This document shows, one piece after another, positions 25,981 to 36,382 of a stretch of DNA of 64,000 nucleotides (its first letter is position 1; each line of letters begins with the position of its first letter). Origin of the DNA: Anthoceros angustus (Eukaryota; Plantae; Anthocerotophyta). The stretch spans positions 1,240,001 through 1,304,000 of the forward strand of contig MU008162.1 of assembly GCA_010909165.1 (NCBI GenBank), in the 5' to 3' direction. Below the pieces are notes generated by a model. It searched no databases. It was not told the origin of the DNA and saw only the letters and a program-made list of their open reading frames with translations. Both the position numbers and the translations under genes were made by a program.

Positions 25981-26720
25981 TCGTGAGCGACCTTGTTGGA
26001 ACTTTAGTCATCAAGTTGCATACATTTGTAACCCCGTGCAGAACTTCATTGACTAAACTTGGGAAAATAGAGAACCCCATTGACAACTTTTGTCATCTAG
26101 TTGGGTATACTCGTAACCCGGTCTGGAACTTCATTGACTAAACTTGGGAAAATAGGAAACTCGTTGAGAACTTTTATCATCCGGTTGGGAGCATGAGTTA
26201 TCATTTGGGAAGTGGAGCAATCTTGTTCATGACATCGACCATCCGGTAGGGAACGATGGCAATGCGGTTGGCAAAACAACCCGGTTGGAAATTGTTCAAA
26301 ACATAGGCCACTTGGGAAAGTTAGCAATGCGGTTGGCAAAATGGTCAACTTGGTTGGAAATCGTGGCAGTCTAATTCAGAACTTCGGCCATTTGATTAGC
26401 AAAATGGGCAACCAGGTTTTGAATATTGGGCACCCAGTTGGAAACTTGGAGGATACAACTACGAAAATTAGCAACCCAATTCTGAACTTTAGACATCTAG
26501 ATGACAACGTTTGCCACCCACTTGGGCAGATTAACTCTACAGTTTGGAACATCCGTAAATTATTAAGAACCCAAGCCACGCAATTCCAAACATTCGCAAT
26601 CCCATAGGGAACATTAGCAGCTTGATTAAGAACGTCAAGAACTTTGTAGGAAATGTTATAAACTTCATTGAGAACCTTAGCAATGTCATTAAATTACACC
26701 CAACCTTGTGAAGAACTTAA
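25981..26720. repeat. Degenerate 21-bp-period repeat (resumes at ~28095-28205)
   Basis: GTTGGCAAA/GTTGGAAAT/ATTCAGAAC/ATTAGCAAA/GTTTTGAAT/GTTGGAAAC recur at exact 21-bp spacing from 26332 to 26542. Confidence 0.7.
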
Positions 26721-26789
26721 GTGTCCTCATGGAGCCATAAATAAGATGCTCAATAAATAAGAAGGTTTATTGTGTCCTCATGGAGCCAC

Positions 26790-28095
26790 TCATGGTTGCC
26801 TCCTCCCCAGTTTTCTTGTGTAGCCCAAGGAATTTTGACGAGCGGCATATGCAGGTTTTAGGCGACATCATCGGCTCAGACACCTTCGAATGTGAGGTTG
26901 GGGATCTTGCGAAGCGGTAGGCATTCCTTCCCGTCGCTTTTGGGGGCACCGGTTTGCTAGCCACGGAGGCCTCCGCGCTAGCGGCTTTGTTAGGGAGCGG
27001 GGCTCTCTCTGCCCCCATCTTATCCCCCCATTTCTTAATTCGGCATTCATATATCCTGGAGGCTTTTGTCGCGGGCGTTGAGGAGGGGACTTTTCCCATG
27101 CAGGCCTTGCTAAGATTAGTGAGGGACTCTTTATCCTCCGAGGCGAGGGCTGCCATGCCGTCTTTTTCCTCGGTTCTCGAGGTTGGGCTCCGAGGACTTC
27201 AGACGTCCCTCCTGGAGAAACAGTACAGGCAAGCACAGTTGGCCCTCCTCCGGGATTCCTCCATTCCGAGGCCCACTCAAGCTCGTCTCGCGGCTGTTCG
27301 GAAGGGGCGTTCACAGCCGGCGACCCAAGATTCGCGTCGCATCGCGCCAGCAACTTTTTCCACTGACTTTGGGACGCACTTGGCTCGCTGTCCCACGGGT
27401 GCGCAGCGTATTGCTACGCATAACGTCATCCGGGACGTCATGTTCTCTATTGCTAGGGAAGGCGGGTTCCTTCCATTTAGGGAGCGCCCTTTCACCCTGC
27501 TCAACGGGGTTTCACTTAGGGCTGATCTATTTCTGACCCGGGGGATCAGGTTTCGGTTATTGATGTGGTTGTAACTAATCCCACCCAGGACGGTATCTGC
27601 GAACATGTTATTCTTAACCCTCTGGGTTGGGTGGCGGAGGGATGCGCGATGGCTAAGGTCCACAAGTACTCTCCTATGCAGGACGGCCACGCCTTCGTCC
27701 CCCTTGCCATTGAAACTCACGGAGAAATGGGCAAGGATTTCTCTAGGTTCGTCAAGGCCTACGCCAAGGCTTATCATAGCCGCAAGAATGAGGTTGGCCT
27801 CCACCTTTCTTATATTGTTGCTTTCTTCCGGCATAGGGTTTCCATCGCTGCAGGGCGCTAATGCCACCACAATGTCTACAACAACAGCTGGAGATGCTTC
27901 TTCAACACCGGTGGTAAGTAGGCCTTTTCACATACCTGACCACAAAGTTCTTCAGGCGGTTGGTAGTTTTGAAATGCGTGATCGTGGGGGCTAGTCCCCC
28001 TGGTATGGTGCCCTTCATTGGGTTTTTCCCCCTTTGTTTTTGGAGTGGATGGGTTTTTCATATCTCTTTTTTATAATAAAGTCTTCTTTTCCTCT
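26790..28095 (+). mobile_element. 5'-truncated CRE-clade-like non-LTR retrotransposon with restriction-like endonuclease (copy B)
   Basis: LPVAFGGTGL thumb motif, GTHLARCPTGAQRIATHN zinc-knuckle remnant, RADL..VIDVVVTNP (PD..D), KVHKY and FVPLAIETHGEMG. 3' UTR with AATAAA. Contains a stop and frameshifts. Confidence 0.82.
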
Positions 28096-28479
28096 TGAGA
28101 AGTTATGGATCTATTTAACAATTCATGAAGCTACTTGAGAAGATATCAACCAACTTGGAAAGCAGGACTCCACTTGAAAAATGGTGAATTCATTAAGAAA
28201 ATTTGGTATCTATGTTGTGAAGTTGAGTTTTACAATGGGAGTACATCTTTTATGTTTTAGAGTTGAATTTATTGTGATGCCCACATAAAGGGGAAATTCT
28301 AAGAGTACACAGTTTGCGAAAAATGGTGGTAGGTAGCAGAGTTATGAATTCCTCAGTAGGCAGGACGGCAACACTGGCAGTGCACTGTAGCAAAGTGATG
28401 GCTTTCTGAACAGAGTCGAAAGCGCACACTGTGCAAAGTTTTGGGAGCCAACCACTGACTGACAGTATGTTGGATTGCA

Positions 28480-29320
28480 CACTGATAAACGGAAGCTTTG
28501 CGCACGGTCACCGCCAGTAGCTCTACCGGTAATTCCTACCGCATCCTGACGAGCCGGATGCCGCATCTGATTCTGCCCTGAAGTGAAGTCTGTGCAACTG
28601 TATGTATCATACATGCCCAAGATTGTTGAGCTCATTAGTGGAGCGATGTGGACGTGCTTACTCGGTCACGAGCACTGCGTTGTGCAACTGCCTGATGTCA
28701 TTTCTGAGAAGGGAACCGTGCTGCAACTGCGTCTCTTTGCCCCTGTGAATAGACAATTTGTTCCCCGAGATAGTTGTCACAGGTAGACAAGCCTGGTGGA
28801 CATGGTAGGTGAGCGGCCACCTGCCGAATGAAGCGGCAGGTGCCTGTGCTTGTCTTGAATTGATGCTGCAAATAAAGAGGACACCAGGCACTTCTTGTCC
28901 TTGCAACTGTCAAGAAAGATGGCACCCTCCTGGCCTTGGACAGCAGAAGGCGATCCCTTCAAGGCCTGGATGGTGGCAATCTTGAGTGAGTGCAGTCCTT
29001 TGCTCTTTTCAGTTCCTTCAGGTGTTGAGAGGACTCTCAGGACCTGCAAGCTACGGATCCCAGGCTAGCTATTAGCTTTCCACACTTGGGCCTGGACTAG
29101 ACATGAGAGAGGCAGACTCGTGATGATCAATTATCGTACGTACGTAAGCATGTCCTCAAATTTCTGCAAGAGTGAACACATACCATCAAGGCTGTAGACT
29201 TCCTTTCTCGCCCCCAACTGACAACCATTGAACAGGCTAGGGTCCAAGAAAACTTGTCCGGACGTGCTGGTGTTCGTATTCTCTCATACCGACAGGTAGG
29301 TGTTCTCAAGCTTCAGCTGA
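28480..29320 (-). CDS. Possible small multi-exon gene divergent from CYP704B, product unknown
   Basis: Short ORF segments bounded by plausible cag acceptors and gtaag/gtacg donors (e.g. GKETQLQHGSLLRNDIRQLHNAVLVTE). No family recognised. Confidence 0.25.
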
Positions 29321-29663
29321 TGATTTGCTCAGGTGATCATGATAGCTTCATCACTCGGTGCCATCTGCAAGCATGAACCAGTACCAAGAGGACTGTCAGG
29401 TTTGGCTGGGTGGCACTGAATGCACGTATACCTGTGAACACCAGCGTGTCCTGATTGTTTGCTGCTAGGCTGGAAAGTCTGCTTCATCTTTGTTCTTGAT
29501 GCACATAACACTACAATTGCAGGCTCCAGTTCCAGCCATCCCCAGTCTTTCGACAAGACTCTCAAGCTGACAGCATGGGACGTGAATCCTTGTGAACGCC
29601 GTTCGGAGTGAAGAAACACATCTGCAACTATTGAAAGCAAGGCACACTATTAGGCCGAGAGTC

Positions 29664-31788
29664 ATGGGGCTCCTGGTGGAGGCCATCTCAGCAACTGCTA
29701 TTTCACAAAACGTCGGGTACTGGATAGTAGCAGCGGTAGCTGCTTTTATCCTATGCAGCAATGTCACCCAGTCCTGGTTGCAGAAGAAACGCAAGGGACC
29801 TAGAAAGTGGCCCTTGGTAGGAGGTGCAGTTGAACAGATCCTTAATTTCGGACGCATGCACGACTGGTTCCTATCCTACTTCGAGAAAGGTGCGAACACA
29901 TTCAAGGTCTCCCATTTCGGTCTCGACTACACATACACGGTGGATCCTGCGAATGTTGAGTACATTCTCAAGACAAATTTCAGAAACTTCCCTAAGGTAC
30001 GTCCACTTTGGAAGTCGTTCTTGAGTAGACTGGCCTTCAGGATCCATAATTCTAAAGCAGCTCCTGGAAATGACCTGCGAATCTGCATTTTCTTGCAGGG
30101 AGAGACGTTCCACGAAAAGATGGAGGCTCTGCTTGGTGACGGTATCTTCAACTCGGACGGGGAAATGTGGAAGAAGCAGAGAAAAACTGCGAGCTTCGAA
30201 TTTGCATCCCGCATTCTTCGAGACTTCAGCACGGTCACATTCCGAGGACATGCTCTCAAGCTTGGTTACATTCTCATCCGTTCTAACAGCTCAAACCAGC
30301 CTGTTGACATGCAGGTGATCAAGGAAATCCCCGTTGATCCAGCATCCTAACTTGTCCATAGTCTGTAAACTCAACTGCTTCCTGTTATTTGCTATGGCAG
30401 GACCTCTTCATGCGCCTGACTCTGGACTCGATCTGCAAGGTTGGGTTCGGAGTGGAAATAGGAAATCTGTCCCCGGAATTGCCAGAGGTTCCCTTCTCGA
30501 CAGCCTTCGACAACGCAAACACAGCAGTCACTGTGCGCTTCTTCGACCCCTTCTGGAAACTGAAACGCCTCCTCAACGTCGGCTGGGAAAAGACTCTGAA
30601 GGAAAGTGTCCAAATTGTGGATAACTTCACCTTCAAGGTTGTTCAAACGAGAAGATCTGAGATCCGAAATGCTAAAGATGCTACCAAACTGGAGGTGAGC
30701 CGCCATGGCAACCGCTGTTCGAGTCAAGTGCTCTTGAAATGACACTGCTCGACTGAAACTTGCTGACTGCTCGTGTCGTTTCTTGGCACGCAGAAAGTTG
30801 ATCTCCTGTCACGATTCATCATGCTTGGAGACGATGCTGAGAATAATTTCTCCGACAAGACCCTCCGAGATATGATGCTGAATTTCGTCATCGCAGGGCG
30901 GGATACTACTGCAATAACACTCTCGTGGCTTGTATACAGACTAACTCTTAATCCCGAGGTTGCGGATAAGCTTTTTGAGGAGCTGTACAACTTCGAAAAG
31001 GACAAGCTTGCTGCATCAGCCTTGGAAGCACCAGGAGACACTGCTAACCTCGATGATGAGGCCTTTTTCCAGCAAATCACAGGGTTTGCCAAACTCCTGA
31101 CATACGAGGACCTTTCCAAGCTGCACTATCTGCATGCCACTGTAACAGAAGCTGTGAGGCTTCACCCGGCCGTGCCTCAGGTAGCTATGCAATGCTGGGA
31201 TGCTTCTTGCTTGAAGAAAGGGTAGAGCACCCGCCAGGTTTTGATGAATTCGGGACAAATTTGTTGCCTCGGTGATGTGTTCAGGATCCCAAGGGAGTTT
31301 TGCAAGATGATGTTCTTCCTGATGGCACCGTCCTCAAGAAGGGTGGGCTTGTGGTATACGTGCCCTACTCCATGGCTCGGCTGCAGTCCCTTTGGGGCCC
31401 TGATGCTCGGGAGTTCCGACCTGAACGCTGGCTTAATAAGGACGGCACTTTCCAGCCAGCATCACCATTCAAGTTCGCTTCGTTTCAGGTTAGCTGTCTC
31501 TCTAGTTGTCTTACTATCACCTTGTAGCTATTACAGTTTGACGGCATTATGCAAGGTAACCGAGCCTTGCCTTTTGCAATGCAGGCAGGACCGCGGATCT
31601 GTTTGGGGAAAGACTCTGCTTACTTGCAAATGAAGATGGTGACCGCCATTTTGTGCCGCTTCTTCAAATTCCAGGTGGTGCCAGGGCATCCAGTTCAATA
31701 TCGGATGATGGCCATCTTGAGTATGGCTCATGGCTTGAAAGTGAACGTTTTCCGAAGGCATTTGTCGGCGCCAACTTCAACATCTTGA
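29664..31788 (+). CDS. CYP704B: Cytochrome P450 CYP704B (fatty-acid omega-hydroxylase, sporopollenin pathway)
   Basis: Six exons (29664-29996, 30099-30314, 30401-30694, 30794-31180, 31285-31488, 31585-31788). KGPRKWPLVGGAVEQILNFGRMHDW N-terminus, AGRDTT I-helix, EAVR, PERW, FQAGPRICLG heme motif, YRMMAILSMAHGLKV C-terminus. Confidence 0.93.
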
Positions 31789-32442
31789 AAGATGACTAGC
31801 GAGTTGCTAGGTATTAGCAGCGCATGAGCCAGCACGAATAACTATATACACAGATTTATTATATATGTTAAGCGAATATTAATATTTGTGGTTTTAATGA
31901 TATCTTTTAAGTTTTCTTTGTAAAGAGATTTCATGCCTCCGTGTCCAAGGCAAGAATAGGACATTTAGACATCACTTCTTCAGCATCTCAATACATAATG
32001 GCTTGACTATTAACATGTGATGATTAAAATATGGTGGATATGGTGTTTACCCGGTAATAAAATTTTTAAGAGTTGAGGTTTTTTATTTGCTCAGTTTTAA
32101 GCAAGGATTAAGAATTCATTATTCTCTTTTTCATCCTAAAAATAATAAATTAAAATTAAAATAAAATTAATTGACGATAATACTGTATATAAATAAAGTT
32201 TACTAAATCAAGATAATATTTTATGGAAACCCAGAAATAAAATGTCCAAAATGAGATCAAAATTGAGACCGCTTGGTGGTGAAACTACAAGTATGTGACT
32301 GAAATTTAGTAAATTAAGATAATCTGATGGTAAGATTGTATATAGTTGAAGTTCATTATCTCAGGTAATATATGCCGGATAACATTGAATGTATGTGTGT
32401 CATATTTAAGATATATAGTTAGTACTCAACAAACATTCTAAA

Positions 32443-32514
32443 GTCGTTGTGCTATAGCTAAAGGTGATCCTGCCTCCCACTTTGGTGACCCGGGTTCAAT
32501 CCCCGTTAACGACG
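32443..32514 (+). pseudogene. tRNA-Asp-derived pseudo-tRNA (anticodon position now CCC)
   Basis: 72 nt GTCGTTGTGCTATAGCTAAAGGTGATCCTGCCTCCCACTTTGGTGACCCGGGTTCAATCCCCGTTAACGACG aligns with the plant tRNA-Asp(GTC) consensus. The acceptor stem pairs fully and the T arm is nearly intact; the D and anticodon stems are broken. Confidence 0.75.
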
Positions 32515-34425
32515 TTTATATGTCATCTTCTCACTCCCACTTAAGTGACCCAAGTGCAATCCCCATCCCCTCACTCCCACTTTGGTGACCCAAGTTCAAT
32601 CCCCATCCCCGTCTTCTCACTCCCACTTAAGTGACCCAAGTGCAATCCCCATCCCCTCACTCCCACTTTGGTGACCCAAGTTCAATCCCCATCCCGTCTT
32701 CTCACTCCCACTTAAGTGACCCAAGTGCAATCCCCATCCCCTCACTCCCACTTTGGTGACCCAAGTTCAATCCCCATCCCGTCTTCTCACTCCCACTTAA
32801 GTGACCCAAGTGCAATCCCCATCCCCTCACTCCCACTTTGGTGACCCAAGTTCAATCCCCATCAATCCCCATCCTGCCTTCTCACTCCCACTTAACCCAT
32901 CCCTTCTCACTCCCACTTAAGTGACCCAAGTGCAATCCCCATCCCCTCACTCCTCAATCCCCATCCCTTCTCACTCCCACTTAAGTGACCCAAGTGCAAT
33001 CCCCATCCCCTCACTCCCACTTTGGTGACCCAAGTTCAATCCCCATCCCGTCAACGACGCTTATATGTCATCTTCTCACACTCCCACTTTGGTGACCCAA
33101 GTTCAATCCCCATCCCCTCACTCCCACTTTGGTGACCCAAGTTCAATCCCCATCCTGTCTTCTCACTCCCACTTAACCCATCCCTTCTCACTCCCACTTA
33201 AGTGACCCAAGTGCAATCCCCATCCCCTCACTCCTCAATCCCCATCCCTTCTCACTCCCACTTAAGTGACCCAAGTGCAATCCCCATCCCCTCACTCCCA
33301 CTTTGGTGACCCAAGTTCAATCCCCATCCCCTCACTCCCACTTTGGTGCAACGACGCTTATATGTCATCTTCTCACACTCCCACTTTGGTGACCCAAGTT
33401 CAATCCCCATCCCCTCACTCCCACTTTGGTGACCCAAGTTCAATCCCCATCCCCTCACTCCCACTTTGGTGCAACCACTTTGGTGACCCAAGTGCAATCC
33501 CCATCCCCTCACTCCCACTTTGGTGACCCAAGTTCAATCCCCATCCCAAGTTCAATCCCCATCCCCTCACTCCCACTTTGGTGCAACCACTTTGGTAACC
33601 CAAGTGCAATCCCCATCCCCTCACTCCCACTTTGGTGACCCAAGTTCAATCCCCATCAATCCCCATCCCCTCACTCCCACTTTGGTGACCCAAGTTCAAT
33701 CCCCATCCCCGTCAACGACGTTTATATGTCATCTTCTCACACTCCCACTTTGGTGACCCAAGTTCAATCCCCATCCCCTCACTCCCACTTTGGTGCAACC
33801 ATCTTCTCACACTCCCACTTTGGTGACCCAAGTTCAATCCCCATCCCTCACTCCCACTTTGGTGCAACGACGCTTATATGTCATCTTCTCACACTCCCAC
33901 TTTGGTGACCCAAGTTCAATCCCCATCCCTCACTCCCACTTTGGTGACCCAAGTTCAATCCCCATCCCTCACTCCCACTTTGGTGCAACCACTTTGGTGA
34001 CCCAAGTGCAATCCCCATCCCTCACTCCCACTTTGGTGACCCAAGTTCAATCCCCATCCCAAGTTCAATCCCCATCCCTCACTCCCACTTTGGTGCAACC
34101 ACTTTGGTAACCCAAGTGCAATCCCCATCCTCACTCCCACTTTGGTGACCCAAGTTCAATCCCCATCAATCCCCATCCCCTCACTCCCACTTTGGTGACC
34201 CAAGTTCAATCCCCATCCCCGTCAACGACGTTTATATGTCATCTTCTCACACTCCCACTTTGGTGACCCAAGTTCAATCCCCATCCCCTCACTCCCACTT
34301 TGGTGCAACCATCTTCTCACACTCCCACTTTGGTGACCCAAGTTCAATCCCCATCCCCTCACTCCCACTTTGGTGCAACGACGTTTATATGTCATCTTCT
34401 CACTCTCACTTTGGTGACCCGGGAG
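32515..34425 (+). repeat. ~41-bp minisatellite CTCACTCCCACTTTGGTGACCCAAGTTCAATCCCCATCCC with higher-order structure
   Basis: Read directly. Alternating ttaagtg/tttggtg units early; ~510-bp higher-order duplication later (33726 vs 34236). Confidence 0.97.
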
Positions 34426-35045
34426 TTTGATGCATGGAAATACTGTTGAAACCCCCTGAATTTGTTATTTGTTCACTAGCTTTTCTATGCGAAGACTCTT
34501 TATTGCAATTTGATGTATGGCAATAGTGTTGAAACCCCCTAAATTTGTTATTCGTTCACTAGCTTTTGTATGCAAAGACTATCGGTTGGGGTTGAAGTTT
34601 GATGCATGGCAATAGTGTGGAAATCCCTTGAATTTGTTATTTGTCCACTAGCTTTTTTATGCGAAGACTCTTTGTTGAAGTTTGATGCATGGCAATAATT
34701 TTGAAACCCCTTGAATTTGTTATTTGTTCACTAGCTTTTTTACGCGAAGACTCTTTGTTGAAGTTTGATGCATGGCAATAGTGTAGAAACCCCCTAAATT
34801 TGTTATTTGTTCACTAGCTTTTATATGCAAAGACTATTGGTTGCGGTCCGATCCCTGAACTGCATTGAAACCACCTGAAATATTATTTGTCCACTAACTT
34901 TTTTATGCGAAGATTGATTGTTGGGTTTGATCTCCGGCAACAGTGTTGAAACCGACAATGTTTGCAAAGGTTTGATCCATAGCAATAGCATTGAAACCGC
35001 CTAAAATATTAAGCACTAGGTTTTTCATGCAAAGACTATCCGGAT
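34426..35045 (+). repeat. 82-89 bp tandem repeat, 5 clear plus ~2 degenerate units
   Basis: tttgatgcatggcaatagtgttgaaaccccctaaatttgttatttgttcactagctttt..gcgaagact recurs at ~34427, 34509, 34598, 34681 and 34764. Confidence 0.9.
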
Positions 35046-35961
35046 GTATTGTCCTATGATCTCTTGGTTTTGTACATGGATCTCTTTTAAGGAAAGTTAT
35101 CTTGTTTGTATTTTTCACGGATGTTTTATACGGTAAACTACATCTTTGTATTGTTTATAGATATTATTATTTTATTGGGCTTTTATGCCCAATATCTATC
35201 AGTTTACACTATTCACGAACCTCTTTTGTGAAATATTTGCTAGTTTTAATTTCTATGACCTTTAGTGATAACCTTAAAGAGAAATGCAAAAAATGGAATG
35301 CTTAAAATGAGATACTAAAAATACCTCAGATATCCTGCAGTCCTTCTAGTAGAGTGGCAGGTATCCTTTCTAGAAAAAATAAATTCCTTCCATAATAAAT
35401 TTGTTTGTCTGTTATTTCTATCAGGTGCGTAACCCGGGTTTAATCCTGGCGGCGGCGTATTAGAGTGTGAAGAATGAGAGAAACGATACAATTTTAATTT
35501 ACTTTTGTGGTTTTCACTCCTTTTTGTTCGAGTGGGTCCGGTTCAAATCGTTCCTTATTGTCACTATTACAGGCATGACATCCAGCGCATTCATCTCCTT
35601 TTAGAAAGATTATTTTACAATCCATGGGCGTCCCTGTTACAGAAGGCCAAGGGAGTAGGTGAATGTCATCCCCACGAAAGCTAATTCCTGCTCAGAGAAG
35701 TACGCCTGGTCAAAATTCTATGCAGATGTTGCTGCTCATCCTCAAACTCTCCGAGCCTGCACACACACGCAGAGTCTTCAGTCTTGGTTCCGACAATAGG
35801 AAATGGGGAAACCATTGGCACAAGAAGAAGATCACAAAAGGATAGCACACCAGCACTGATAGTCGCTGTAGCATCTTCCATGTCTTTCGCAAGTAAAGCC
35901 TCCTCTGCGCGCTCAAGAGGACCTCCCAATGAGACTTCTGCGAGAGATTAAAAGAAAGCCA

Positions 35962-36081
35962 CAGAGAGAAACAGACACAGCGCCTCACCAAAACCGCTTT
36001 CCTGGCCTCATGAAACCCTCTCAGAGAGAAACAGACACAGCGCCTCACCAAAACCGCTTTCCTGGCCTCATGAAACCCTCA
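35962..36081 (+). repeat. 60-bp near-perfect tandem duplication
   Basis: cagagagaaacagacacagcgcctcaccaaaaccgctttcctggcctcatgaaaccctc x2. Confidence 0.95.
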
Positions 36082-36382
36082 CAGCGGCCAGTTTCCGAGC
36101 CATGCCGATCGATCACAGTGAATATCCAGCACTCACCAGAGGCACAGTTCAGGAATGCTGCGATCTGCATCAGGGAAGCGCTTCGGTCACATTGCCTGCA
36201 AGCCGCCGGGAGCTCGCACTTCCGGCATGGGGCGAATGGCGGGAGAAAGTTCGAGGAGCCTTCGACGCCCAAGCTGGAGGCTCGGGCCAAACCTAAGGTT
36301 GCCCCGGCCCAGGCTCACCCCCAAAACAGAAAACGATATTCTGTGGCGTACACACTTGAGCACTGGCTTTTCTTCATTTTTC

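Noticed and set aside
32443-32514. Functional tRNA-Gly(CCC)
   Set aside because: The anticodon stem and D arm do not pair and the A box is degenerate; treated as a pseudogene.
33252-34430. ORFs within the minisatellite (VTQVQSPSPHSHFG repeats)
   Set aside because: Translations of the tandem repeat; frames switch with unit length.
35681-36290. Small minus-strand gene downstream of the PPR
   Set aside because: Short helical ORF pieces only; no family or coherent exon chain.
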